A stretch of DNA of 50,802 bases, taken from the NCBI GenBank assembly GCA_043819795.1, contig JBDREN010000037.1:1-50802 (forward strand). The letters are read 5' to 3'. Numbering within the stretch: the first letter of the stretch is position 1; every line of letters starts with the position of its first letter. The DNA comes from Elusimicrobiota bacterium. GTDB taxonomy: Bacteria > Elusimicrobiota > Elusimicrobia > UBA1565. The translations under genes were made by a program, and so were the position numbers. The notes beneath the pieces were generated by a model. It was not told where the DNA came from. It did not search any database and saw only the letters and a list, made by a program, of their open reading frames with translations. Positions 40,293 to 49,035 of this stretch are shown here, in pieces.

Positions 40293-43097
40293 ATGCCGAT
40301 GCCCTCGCAGTTCGACCTGGTGCTCGCCTGCCTGCTCGTCGGGGCGGTGCAGACCGCGGTCGTCGTCTACTTCTTTCTGAGGCTGCGCGCGGAGCGGGAT
40401 CGACCCGCCTCCGCCTGGGCTCCCCGGGTGAGCGTGCTCGTGCCGTGCGCCGGCGATCTGCAGGGGCTTGAGGACAATGTCCGCTCCATGCTCGAGCAGG
40501 ACTACGCGGGGGAGGTCGAATACATCCTCGTGGCTCCGTCGACGGAGGACCCGGCGTACCGGAGGCTCAGGTCCCTGAAGGGCCTTCGCCTGTTCGCGTC
40601 CGGCAGGACCCCGGAGCGCTCGAGCGGCAAGATCTGCGACCTGCTCTTCGCGCTCGAGCGGGTCCCGGCGGGTACCGAGCTGCTCCTGTTCGCGGACGCG
40701 GACGTGCGCGTCCGCCGGGACTGGATCGCTTCCATGGCGGCGCCCCTCGAGGACCCTTCGGTCGGCGTCTCCACGACCTGCATGCTCCCGGTGCCGCCCC
40801 GGGCCGGCTTCTGGTCCTGGCTGCGGCTCGTCTACATGGGAGCGGGCATGCCATACCTGGCCTTGACCGGGACGGTCTGCGGGCAGTCGTTCGCCGTCCG
40901 CCGCGGCGATTTCGACGCCTGGAAGGTCGCCGAGCTCTGGTCCCGATCCTTGATGGAGGACCTCTCGCTTTCCGCCTTGGCGGCCCGTTCGGGCAAGAAG
41001 GTCTGTTTCTCGGGACGCGCCGTGCCCGTCGCGCGCGAGGATTCGGACGCGCGCGGCCTGCTCCAGGCGGCCGTCCGCTGGACCTCCATGTTCCGCGTCT
41101 ATTTCAAGAGGATGTGGGTGCCGGGGCTTCTGCTGACCGCGTTCAAGTCGTATGTCCTGCTCTGGGCGCTCTTCCCGCCGGTCTCGTGGACCCTCCTGGC
41201 GGTGCTGTGGGCGGTCGACGCCGCCGGCCTCTTCCTGGTCTTCATGGCCCTGCGCGCGTGCCTGCCGGACCGCTTCCGGGAACTTCCCCCCGCTTTCCGC
41301 CTTCCCGCTCTCCTGGCGGCCCTCAGCGCGCCTTTGCTGCAGCTCCTCTATCTCTACAGCTTCGCCGTCTCGGTCTTCAAGCGCGAGTTCGTCTGGGGGC
41401 GTCATGCTTACCGGGTAAGCGGACCTCAGGACGTGGAGCGGCTGCTCCGTCCGAGCGACTTCCCCGGCCGTCGTTTCGCGGCCGTGCTCCTGGGAGCGGT
41501 CCTGCTGGCGCTGTCCTACGAGCCCGGCGCTTGGGGCATCCTGATCTGGGCCGCCTATGCGCCTCTGCTCTACGCGATCCGCGGCCGGCGTTGGCGCGAG
41601 GCCTTCTTATGGGGCTGGCTCTTCGGTCTCGTGAGCTGGCTGATCGGCTTCCGCTGGTTCTTCCATACGACGGCGGACTTCCTGGGGCTTTCCGCTTCGG
41701 CGGCGCTGCCGCTCTACGTGCTCTTATGCGTCTTCCACGGACTCATGGCCGCCCTGCCGGCATGCGCGTCGCGCTGGCTCTCACCCGGTCTCTCCCGGCG
41801 GCTGGGCCTCAACGAGGATCTCACGACGGCCGTCGCGTTCGTGCCGGCTTTGGTGTGCGTCGAGGCCTATTTCCCGTTCTTCAGCCCGATCCCGGCCGCC
41901 CTCACCCAGCTCTTCTGCCTGCCCGCGGTGCAGATCATCGAGGTCTTCGGCACGGCCGGCGTCATCTGGCTGATCGCGGGATTCAACGCCTCCTTGTTCT
42001 ACGCCCTGCGTCCCGTGGAGGGGCGCTCCGTCCGCCGCTGGGGCTGGCTGGTGTTCATGACCGCGCTGGCGCTCTTGAACGCGGTCTATGGGATGATCCG
42101 CGTCCGTCAGACCGACGCCTTGGCGGCGCGCCGCCTGCAATCGGGGAAGGCCGTGCGTGCCGCCGTGCTGCAGGGCTCCATCGAGTACGTGAAGCGGGAT
42201 GCCCCGGAATTCTTCCGAGAGAACATCGCCGTGTACAACGACCTCGTCGGGCGGGCCCTTTCCGAGAGCGGAGGCCTGGACCTGGTCGTCTGGCCGCAGT
42301 TCGCCTACGAGAGGATGCTGGACTTCGAGCCCGGGGACCGGGGGTGGAAGCGGCCGACCGTCGACGGGAAGCCGTTGGACCGCTATCTCGAGCGGGACAT
42401 CGCGCATGCGGTACCTATGATCCTCGGTTCGAATGCCCGGAGCAAGACCGTTTCCGGCCGCAGGAAGACGTACTATGCCGCCTTCCTCACGGGTTCCGAC
42501 AGGACGTTCTCGGGGATCATCGGGAAGCGCTATCTCACACCCTTCAGCGAATATATCCCGTTCGGCCGCAGGCTCCCCTTCCTCTACCGGCTCGCGCGCA
42601 CCAGGATGATCCGCCTCTCGCGCGGCCCGGCACGGATCCTGGAGGCCGAGAACGGTGTCAAACTGGGCGTGTACATCTGTTACGAGGAGGTGCTTCCTTA
42701 CAGCGCGCGCGCCTACGCGCGGCAGGGAGCCGGGCTGCTGGTCGCGCTTTCGAGCGACGCCTGGCTCGGCGGCGGTGCCGGGAACAAGCAGCATCTGGGG
42801 TTCAGCGTGCTGCGCGCCATCGAGAGCCGGAGGGCGCTGCTGCGCTCCGTGACCTCCGGGATCAGCTGCTATGTGGACCCGGCGGGCCGCCTGGTCCGGA
42901 GCCTGCCGGTCGACGCCCGCGGTTATTTCGCGGTGAAGGTCCCCCTGATGGACGCGGCGACCCCCCATATGAGGATCGGGCGGCTGTTCTACCATCTGGC
43001 CGCGCTCATGCTCGCCGTTCTCGTCGGGCTGAGCGTCTGGCCGTCCCGTCGGGGGGTCGGTTCCTTGACACGACTGGTGTCTGGTGTTAAACTTTAG
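40293..43097 (+). CDS. lnt: fusion of a GT-A glycosyltransferase (GT2/GT21-like) and apolipoprotein N-acyltransferase
   Basis: N-part: VSVLVP, QDY, GKI, FADAD, EDL and RW motifs. C-part: Lnt TM region, LQGSI, LVVWPQ, K..LTPFSEYIP, ICYE, SDAW and RAIE motifs. Confidence 0.85.
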   Translation: MPMPSQFDLVLACLLVGAVQTAVVVYFFLRLRAERDRPASAWAPRVSVLVPCAGDLQGLEDNVRSMLEQDYAGEVEYILVAPSTEDPAYRRLRSLKGLRLFASGRTPERSSGKICDLLFALERVPAGTELLLFADADVRVRRDWIASMAAPLEDPSVGVSTTCMLPVPPRAGFWSWLRLVYMGAGMPYLALTGTVCGQSFAVRRGDFDAWKVAELWSRSLMEDLSLSALAARSGKKVCFSGRAVPVAREDSDARGLLQAAVRWTSMFRVYFKRMWVPGLLLTAFKSYVLLWALFPPVSWTLLAVLWAVDAAGLFLVFMALRACLPDRFRELPPAFRLPALLAALSAPLLQLLYLYSFAVSVFKREFVWGRHAYRVSGPQDVERLLRPSDFPGRRFAAVLLGAVLLALSYEPGAWGILIWAAYAPLLYAIRGRRWREAFLWGWLFGLVSWLIGFRWFFHTTADFLGLSASAALPLYVLLCVFHGLMAALPACASRWLSPGLSRRLGLNEDLTTAVAFVPALVCVEAYFPFFSPIPAALTQLFCLPAVQIIEVFGTAGVIWLIAGFNASLFYALRPVEGRSVRRWGWLVFMTALALLNAVYGMIRVRQTDALAARRLQSGKAVRAAVLQGSIEYVKRDAPEFFRENIAVYNDLVGRALSESGGLDLVVWPQFAYERMLDFEPGDRGWKRPTVDGKPLDRYLERDIAHAVPMILGSNARSKTVSGRRKTYYAAFLTGSDRTFSGIIGKRYLTPFSEYIPFGRRLPFLYRLARTRMIRLSRGPARILEAENGVKLGVYICYEEVLPYSARAYARQGAGLLVALSSDAWLGGGAGNKQHLGFSVLRAIESRRALLRSVTSGISCYVDPAGRLVRSLPVDARGYFAVKVPLMDAATPHMRIGRLFYHLAALMLAVLVGLSVWPSRRGVGSLTRLVSGVKL
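43065..43093 (+). promoter_or_regulatory. sigma70 promoter of the 43110 gene
   Basis: TTGACA-17-TAAACT. Confidence 0.65.
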
Positions 43098-43109
43098 GTA
43101 GAGGCCATC

Positions 43110-43985
43110 ATGACAAATCCACCGCCTCGGCGCGGTTCCGGCATCAACTGGTTGCTGGCTTTATTCCCTATCATCGTTCTGAGCGTCCTGGTGTGGTTCT
43201 TCGTCAGCCGGCGCGGGGAAGAGCCCCAGACGGCGCCCGACCAGTACTCCGCGTTCAATCTCGCCGAAGCTCCGGAGGAGGCGTCCTCCAGACCGGGGGA
43301 CGAGTACGTCTCTCGTTTCGAGAAGCGGAGCCAGGAGCGTATGGGGGGCTCGGCGCGGGGCCCCGGCTTGGCGGGGTTCGTCCCGGAGACCGGCGGGGCG
43401 TACCGGAAGGACCGTAAGGGCGACGGGCGGTTCGAGCGAGAACGCGAAGAGGAGATGATCAAGAAGTACGACCCTATGATCCGGAAGGAGGTGAAGCGGC
43501 TTAGCAGGATCACGAAACGGTACCACAAGAAACACGCCGTCGTCCGAGAGGTGGACCGGGCCTTCGGCAAGCTGCCCCGCTACATGGCCCTGAGGGAACA
43601 ATACCTGAAGGACCGCAACGCCTACGACTTCGTCCGGGGCGCGATCGCTCTTCCCGAGGTCAGAAGGCTGATCCGGAAATACTCGCTCGACGTCGACGTC
43701 TGGAAGGTCGCGCTCGGCATGTCGAGCGAGGCGATGAAGCAAAAGCCCCCGAAGCCGCTCTACGACGAGATCGTCCGGTTTTTCACGACCGACAAGAAGG
43801 TGTCGAAGTTCGTCGCCGACTGGACGAACTGGATGATGCCCAACATGGGCAAGATGGTGACCCGGGCCGTCCCCCCCGGCGCCGACCTGAGCGCCCTTAC
43901 CAGTCTCGGCACGGATCTCAACCCCGCGGGCGCGGCGTCCATGAGCACGACGTCCGGGCGGAAAAGCTCGCGCCGGACGCGCTGA
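43110..43985 (+). CDS. hypothetical membrane-anchored helical protein
   Basis: RBS, single N-terminal TM helix, 291 aa. Confidence 0.8.
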   Translation: MTNPPPRRGSGINWLLALFPIIVLSVLVWFFVSRRGEEPQTAPDQYSAFNLAEAPEEASSRPGDEYVSRFEKRSQERMGGSARGPGLAGFVPETGGAYRKDRKGDGRFEREREEEMIKKYDPMIRKEVKRLSRITKRYHKKHAVVREVDRAFGKLPRYMALREQYLKDRNAYDFVRGAIALPEVRRLIRKYSLDVDVWKVALGMSSEAMKQKPPKPLYDEIVRFFTTDKKVSKFVADWTNWMMPNMGKMVTRAVPPGADLSALTSLGTDLNPAGAASMSTTSGRKSSRRTR

Positions 43986-44034
43986 CCTGCGCGCCCGGCG
44001 CTAAGCGTCGCCCCAGGGAGCGACTACCCCCGGC

Positions 44035-44268
44035 TCACATGCCGCCGCAGCAGCCGCCGCCCTCCTCTTCCTTCGAGTCCTCCGCGGGGGCGCTGTCTTT
44101 GGCGGCCTGCTCGCCCTTGGCCTTGCCCTCTTCGTAGCCCTGGTCGTAGCCGTCTTTGTAGTCGCCGCTCGTCTGCCCGAATCCGACGCGCGGGGTGATG
44201 GACAGCATCCCCAATGCCGCAACGCAGAACGTTACGGCCAACACTTTCGTCAGGTGAATGTTCATCAT
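44035..44268 (-). CDS. small secreted protein ending EEEGGGCCGGM
   Basis: GAGGAG RBS, signal peptide and GYxxGYxxG repeats; paralogous to the neighbouring gene. Confidence 0.8.
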   Translation of the reverse strand: MMNIHLTKVLAVTFCVAALGMLSITPRVGFGQTSGDYKDGYDQGYEEGKAKGEQAAKDSAPAEDSKEEEGGGCCGGM

Positions 44269-44274
44269 AGCTCC

Positions 44275-44652
44275 TCAGCCGCAGCAGCCGCCGCCGCCGT
44301 CGTCCCCTTCGGAAGCCCCGTCGATCGCCGCCTGCTCCTGCGATTTGCCGTCCTCATAGCCCTCGTTGTGGCCGTCTTGGTAGCCCTGGGAATAGGTCCC
44401 GCCGTCGTCGGCGGGCTCCTGGGGCGTCCCGTCGGTCCCGTCATACGCCGGCTCGGCCGGCCCGATGTCCCCCGGGTCAAAAGGCTCCTGAGGTGTGCCG
44501 TCGCTGTAGCTAGTCGTGCTCGCGGGAATGATCTCCGCTATGCCCGCGGGCAGGCTGGTGTCTCCATATCCGATCTTGGGGGACATGGACAGCGCTCCCA
44601 GAGACGTCAGGACGAATACGACGACCAGCGTGCGGACAAATCCTGCTTTCAT
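44275..44652 (-). CDS. small acidic secreted protein ending DDGGGGCCG
   Basis: AGGGAG RBS, signal peptide, duplicated DGTPQEP and GYxxG repeats. Confidence 0.8.
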   Translation of the reverse strand: MKAGFVRTLVVVFVLTSLGALSMSPKIGYGDTSLPAGIAEIIPASTTSYSDGTPQEPFDPGDIGPAEPAYDGTDGTPQEPADDGGTYSQGYQDGHNEGYEDGKSQEQAAIDGASEGDDGGGGCCG

Positions 44653-44746
44653 AATCGCAACTCCCTGGCTTTCGCCATTCCCTGCCCATAAAATGCCCCT
44701 GGAAGGCCCAGAGAACAAGGGACTAAAGACCTATGCGGTATAGGCC

Positions 44747-45571
44747 CTATGTGTCGGGCGAAGCGGAGGGGCGCTTGCGGTCCTCATGCGGCCGGGCGGA
44801 GCCCGGGGCGATCCTCCCGGCCACTCGCATGGAGGCCAGTATCACCGCCGTATCGAACAGCATCCCGAATCCCACCCCCGTGATGAGCGACCCGAACGAA
44901 CGGTGGTCCTGGATGTAGTAGCGCCAGCAGTTGTTCGTGGTCCCCCAGAAGTCGGCGAAGAAGACGTAGACCATCCCGGTCACGATCAGCCAGAAGTCCC
45001 GTTTGGGTTCCCGGCCGCAGACGAAAGCCGCGGCCAGCGCGGCGAAGACCGCCCATGTCCCCGGATGACCCATGGCCGGGACGGAGAAGCGCAAAAAGGC
45101 GAGCAAGGCCGCGGCGGCCAGCGCCCAGTATCCGACGACCTGCCAGCGCTCGGGGATGCGCCGGGAGAACGCCTCCCGGGCGCGCGGAGCCACGCGGTCG
45201 AAGATGAGCGCGCCGAGGGGCCAGCCGGGGACGATCCACAGCGGAGGCGCCTCGCCCGTGTAGTACGACCAAAGGCCTGTGCGGGTGCCCCAGGCCTCCA
45301 CCGCGTAGCCCGCAACGGAGGCGGCGAGGAAGAGGGCGAGGTCGCGGGCCGGCCGGATCCCGGCCGGGATGACGCGAAGGGTAAGCAGCAGGAAGCCTCC
45401 GAAGAGGACGATCTCCCCGAGCAGCTTCAGCCGGACGGTCCCCCCCCGCCGCATCTGGCGGAGCGTGGTCTCCAGGGCCAAGAGGAACAGATCATGCCGG
45501 GCTATGGCGACCGTCGCTATCAGGGCCAGCAGCCCAAGGCCGTAGAGGAGCCGAGTCCGGTCCGGCTTCAT
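44747..45571 (-). CDS. polytopic membrane protein (CruF/DUF2878/lycopene-cyclase-like repeat)
   Basis: EAWGTRTGLWSYY..PLWIVPGW and DFWGTTNNCWRYY internal repeat; ATGA-coupled to the reductase. Confidence 0.7.
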   Translation of the reverse strand: MKPDRTRLLYGLGLLALIATVAIARHDLFLLALETTLRQMRRGGTVRLKLLGEIVLFGGFLLLTLRVIPAGIRPARDLALFLAASVAGYAVEAWGTRTGLWSYYTGEAPPLWIVPGWPLGALIFDRVAPRAREAFSRRIPERWQVVGYWALAAAALLAFLRFSVPAMGHPGTWAVFAALAAAFVCGREPKRDFWLIVTGMVYVFFADFWGTTNNCWRYYIQDHRSFGSLITGVGFGMLFDTAVILASMRVAGRIAPGSARPHEDRKRPSASPDT

Positions 45572-46839
45572 CGGACCGCGGCGCGCAGTCGTGTCGCCCA
45601 TTTGCCCAGCTTGTGCCTCACATAGAATGGCAGGAAATGGGCCATCAACCTCCGCTTCGCGGCCCGGAAATCGACCCGCCCCGTCGCGTAATCGGTGAGC
45701 AGGGCTCGCAGCGCCGCGTTCTCCCTTGCGGAGCGCACGATGAGGTTGATGCGGCCGGGGTCCTCGAAGAGGATGCGCTGGACCGTCACCGATTGCTCGA
45801 GCTCCCGTCCGAACTCGTCCCGCCAGAGTCGCTGGTACCCGGCGAGGGCGCCGGCGTCGAACCGGCCGCGCTCCAACGCGCCGAGCGCGGCGCGGGCGGC
45901 GTGCTCGCCGCTCGCCATCGCGAAGTAGATGCCTTCGCCCGTGAACGCGTTCACGAAGCCCGCGGCGTCGCCGCATAGGAGCACCCGGTCGGCGTAAGTC
46001 CTCTCCAGGGCGCCGCCCACCGGGATCCTGTAGCCGCGGAAGTTCCCGCGCTCGGAGGACCCGCGGACGATCCCCGACTTCGCGAGGCCGTCGAGGAAGC
46101 GGAGGTGCCCCGCGTAGGGGGTGCCGTTCGCCCGGGCCTTGTAGTCCGAGATCAGGATGCCGAGCCCGAGATTGAGATGGTCCGCCTTAGGGAAGACATA
46201 GCCGTAGCCGTGCATGTGGCCGACGCCGTAGAAGACGTACATGGCGTCTTTGTCACGGACCTGGAGGCTCGCGTAGGGGGTCTCCTCCATCATGTCGACA
46301 GCGATCGAGTCTTGCGGCCACCCGGGGTTGAGGCCCGCGTCCTTGGCCACCACGCTGTTGACGCCGTCGGCGCCTATGACGAGCTTGGCGCGGAGGACGT
46401 CGCCCCGGTCGGTGCGGACCTCGGCGTGGCCGGGCGCGACTTTGAGGCGCGTCACGCGCGCTCCTTCCAACACCTCCAGCCCGCGCTCGGTGGCCAGGCG
46501 CAGGAGCATCGCGTCGAACTCGCGGCGCCGGATCATGAGGTACAGGGGGTCCGGCCGCTCTTCCATGAGGGACGAGCCGTCGGGGGCCTGCAGGTGGACC
46601 TTATGGACGTGATGGACGGGGATGGACTCGAGGCCTTCACGGACATGCGGGAAGCGTTCGGTCAGCCGCATGCTGATCCCCCCTCCGCAAGGCTTGTCGC
46701 GCGGGAAGACCGCCTTGTCGAGCAGGAGGATACTCAATCCCCCGCCGACCAAGCCCAGGGCGGCGGTCGCCCCGGCCGGGCCTCCGCCGACGATGATGGC
46801 GTCGTAGTCCGGAGCGCGGCGCTCAGGCTCCGGGCGCAT
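45568..46839 (-). CDS. geranylgeranyl reductase family flavoprotein
   Basis: GGGPAG, FPRDKPCGGG, RREFD, GADG, YGYVFPK and GDAAGFVNAFTGEGIYFA motifs. Confidence 0.9.
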   Translation of the reverse strand: MRPEPERRAPDYDAIIVGGGPAGATAALGLVGGGLSILLLDKAVFPRDKPCGGGISMRLTERFPHVREGLESIPVHHVHKVHLQAPDGSSLMEERPDPLYLMIRRREFDAMLLRLATERGLEVLEGARVTRLKVAPGHAEVRTDRGDVLRAKLVIGADGVNSVVAKDAGLNPGWPQDSIAVDMMEETPYASLQVRDKDAMYVFYGVGHMHGYGYVFPKADHLNLGLGILISDYKARANGTPYAGHLRFLDGLAKSGIVRGSSERGNFRGYRIPVGGALERTYADRVLLCGDAAGFVNAFTGEGIYFAMASGEHAARAALGALERGRFDAGALAGYQRLWRDEFGRELEQSVTVQRILFEDPGRINLIVRSARENAALRALLTDYATGRVDFRAAKRRLMAHFLPFYVRHKLGKWATRLRAAVR

Positions 46840-47614
46840 GCCGCCACCGTCGGTAGAGGTAGGCCGCCCCGGCGAAGGTCGCGAGCGCCATGAGCTGCGC
46901 CGTCGTGAGGCCGAGCGGCCGGAGCACGCCCGGGTCGCTGCCGCGCACGAAGTCCAGCAGGAACCGGAGGACGCCGTAGAGGACCGCGGAGGCCAGGAAG
47001 GCGCTGCCGGGCGGCAGCTTCCCGTCCCGTATCCGGCGGAAGACGACGAAGTGGACGACCGCGAATATCGCCAGGCAGCCGAGGGCTTCGTAGAGCTGGC
47101 TCGGGTGCAGCGGGGTGCCGAGCCAGGAGCGGCGCACGCCGCAGCGGGGGTGCGTGAAGACTATGCCCCAAGGCAGGCTGGTGGGCTTGCCGAAGCAGCA
47201 CCCGTGCTGGATGCAGCCGAGGCGCATGAGCGAGAGCGCCAGCGGCGCGGCGCCGCCGAGGAGATCGGCCAGGCGGCGGAACGAGAGACCCCGCCAACGT
47301 GCGAAGATGTACAGTGTGAGCGCCGCCCCCCCGAGGTTGCCGTAGAAGGCTCCGCCCCGGATCCTGCCGCGCTCGATCACATAGGCCAGGTTCCGCTCGA
47401 AGCCCCCGCTGTATAGGAAGAAGTAGACGACGACGCCGGACGCCATCACGGCGATCGAGAGAGGCAGCATGAGGTTCCAGAACTCCTCGACCGAGAGCCC
47501 GGCGTGGGAGCGGTAGCGGCGGAAGTATAAGTAAGCAACGGCGGCGCTCAGGCCCGCGAAGACCGGGCCGGCCAGCAGGTCTATCCGGCCTAGGGAGAGG
47601 AAGATGGGCCGCAC
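46823..47614 (-). CDS. lgt: prolipoprotein diacylglyceryl transferase family protein
   Basis: GGAFYG, RLGCIQHGCCFGKPTSLPWGIVF, HPSQLYE and YGVLRFLLDFVRG motifs; probable GTG start at 47614. Confidence 0.82.
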   Translation of the reverse strand: MRPIFLSLGRIDLLAGPVFAGLSAAVAYLYFRRYRSHAGLSVEEFWNLMLPLSIAVMASGVVVYFFLYSGGFERNLAYVIERGRIRGGAFYGNLGGAALTLYIFARWRGLSFRRLADLLGGAAPLALSLMRLGCIQHGCCFGKPTSLPWGIVFTHPRCGVRRSWLGTPLHPSQLYEALGCLAIFAVVHFVVFRRIRDGKLPPGSAFLASAVLYGVLRFLLDFVRGSDPGVLRPLGLTTAQLMALATFAGAAYLYRRWRHAPGA

Positions 47615-47673
47615 TGGTGTACCGAAAGGATCATGATCTCCTTCAAATCTCTTTATTCTAACAAAAATACAAT

Positions 47674-47700
47674 GGAACCAATGGCGGGCCCCGATCGTAC
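47674..47700 (+). promoter_or_regulatory. ECF-type promoter P1
   Basis: GGAACC-16-CGTAC. Confidence 0.6.
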
Positions 47701-47740
47701 GTGCGGGAGGGGGTCCCCCGTCCGGGCCGCCGCCGCAGCT

Positions 47741-47839
47741 CCCGAGGGCGCCGGGCATGGCTCCCCTGCCGGGTCGCTGCACCCTGACGCCAACGCAGTT
47801 GTCGAGGGCGCCGGGCACGGCTCCCCTGCCGGGTCGCTG
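47741..47839. repeat. 60-bp repeat, ~1.7 copies (same unit as at the window end)
   Basis: CGAGGGCGCCGGGCA(C/T)GGCTCCCCTGCCGGGTCGC.GCACCCTGACGCC.ACGC. Confidence 0.92.
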
Positions 47840-47876
47840 TCATTGAAGGGGTGTCGGGATTAATGTCAAAATCGGG

Positions 47877-47903
47877 GGAACCAGCGGCCGGGCTCGGTCG
47901 TAC
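47877..47903 (+). promoter_or_regulatory. ECF-type promoter P2 (probably autoregulatory)
   Basis: GGAACC-16-CGTAC immediately before the sigma gene RBS. Confidence 0.65.
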
Positions 47904-47917
47904 TAGAGGGGTGTCTC

Positions 47918-48478
47918 TTGGAGCAATCCGGGGCGGCGGAGCGGTTCGAGGAGTTCGTCCGGGACTATGGGGAGCGGGCTTTCCAGTTCGCCTACCGCCT
48001 CTCGGGCAACGTCGAGGAGGCCAAGGACCTGGTGCAGGAGGCCTATTACCGCGTCCTGCGCAGCTGGGACCGCTACGACGCGTCCCGCTCGCTCGACGCT
48101 TGGTTCTTCCGCATCCTCCGGAACGTATTCCTCGACAGCAGGAAACGCTACGAGCGCCGCCACGCGGTGTCCCTGGACCGCTCGCCGGAGGGCGTTTCCG
48201 AGGATGGCGCCACGTACGGGGATCTGCTCGCCGGCGACGAGGAAGCCGTCCTCGACGCCCTGGAGCGCCGGGAGTCGGCCGGGCTCGTCAGGGAGACGCT
48301 CGACGGCCTCAGCCACGAGCATCGCGCCGTGCTCACCCTCTGCGACATGGAGGGCCTTGGTTATGAGGAAATCGCTCGCGTGCTAGAGGTCCCGGTCGGC
48401 ACCGTGCGCTCGCGGGTGAGCCGGGCCCGCCGTGCGTTCCGGCGGCGCATGGCCGGCAGGATCGGAGCCAGACAGTGA
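47918..48478 (+). CDS. ECF RNA polymerase sigma factor
   Basis: AKDLVQEAY, WFFRILRN and YEEIARVLEVPVGTVRSRVSRAR motifs. Confidence 0.95.
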   Translation: MEQSGAAERFEEFVRDYGERAFQFAYRLSGNVEEAKDLVQEAYYRVLRSWDRYDASRSLDAWFFRILRNVFLDSRKRYERRHAVSLDRSPEGVSEDGATYGDLLAGDEEAVLDALERRESAGLVRETLDGLSHEHRAVLTLCDMEGLGYEEIARVLEVPVGTVRSRVSRARRAFRRRMAGRIGARQ

Positions 48479-49035
48479 ACTGTCCCGAGTTCGAATCCCT
48501 TTCCGCCTATATCGACGGGGAAGCGGCCCCCGGCGAGGCGGGGCTCGTGAAGACGCATCTCGATGGATGCGCGCGCTGCCGTCTGACGCTTCGTACCCTC
48601 CGGACCGGGAAGGCTTCGTTGAGGGCCCTGCCCGTCCCCGCGATGCCTTCCGACCTCCGTGCAGTCCTGGGCTCGCTGGCCCCGCGTCCCCTTGGCCGCG
48701 GGGCCCAGGCATGGAAGGGTTCCGCTCCGCGCCGCGGCCCCGCCGCGACCCCGGAGGCCGGCGGGTTCTGGCGGACCGTGGTCCGGGAGGTCCGAGCGGG
48801 GCTGGCCCACCCGGTCTCGGCGCTTTCGTTCGCCGCGGTCGCCAGCGTGGCGCTGTTCTTTTGGGCGCGCGGTTCAGGCATGCTGATGCCGCGGCTGGAC
48901 CTCCCCGCCGACCTGCTCATGGCGGCGCACAATCAGTACGCGCTCACGGTGCCGCTGGCGCCGGCCGACAAGATCCTGACCGATTTGCCGCGCCAGCTCG
49001 CCGCCGCGGGCGCCGAGGAGCGCGATGTCTATTAG
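48475..49035 (+). CDS. zf-HC2 (ZAS) anti-sigma factor with a TM helix
   Basis: LSAYIDGE..HLDGCARC. Confidence 0.9.
   Translation: MNCPEFESLSAYIDGEAAPGEAGLVKTHLDGCARCRLTLRTLRTGKASLRALPVPAMPSDLRAVLGSLAPRPLGRGAQAWKGSAPRRGPAATPEAGGFWRTVVREVRAGLAHPVSALSFAAVASVALFFWARGSGMLMPRLDLPADLLMAAHNQYALTVPLAPADKILTDLPRQLAAAGAEERDVY

Noticed and set aside
44265..44280. Selenocysteine or readthrough fusion of the two GGGCCG ORFs (in-frame TGA)
   Set aside because: The TGA overlaps a GAGGAG RBS, the second ORF has its own signal peptide, and no SECIS was recognised
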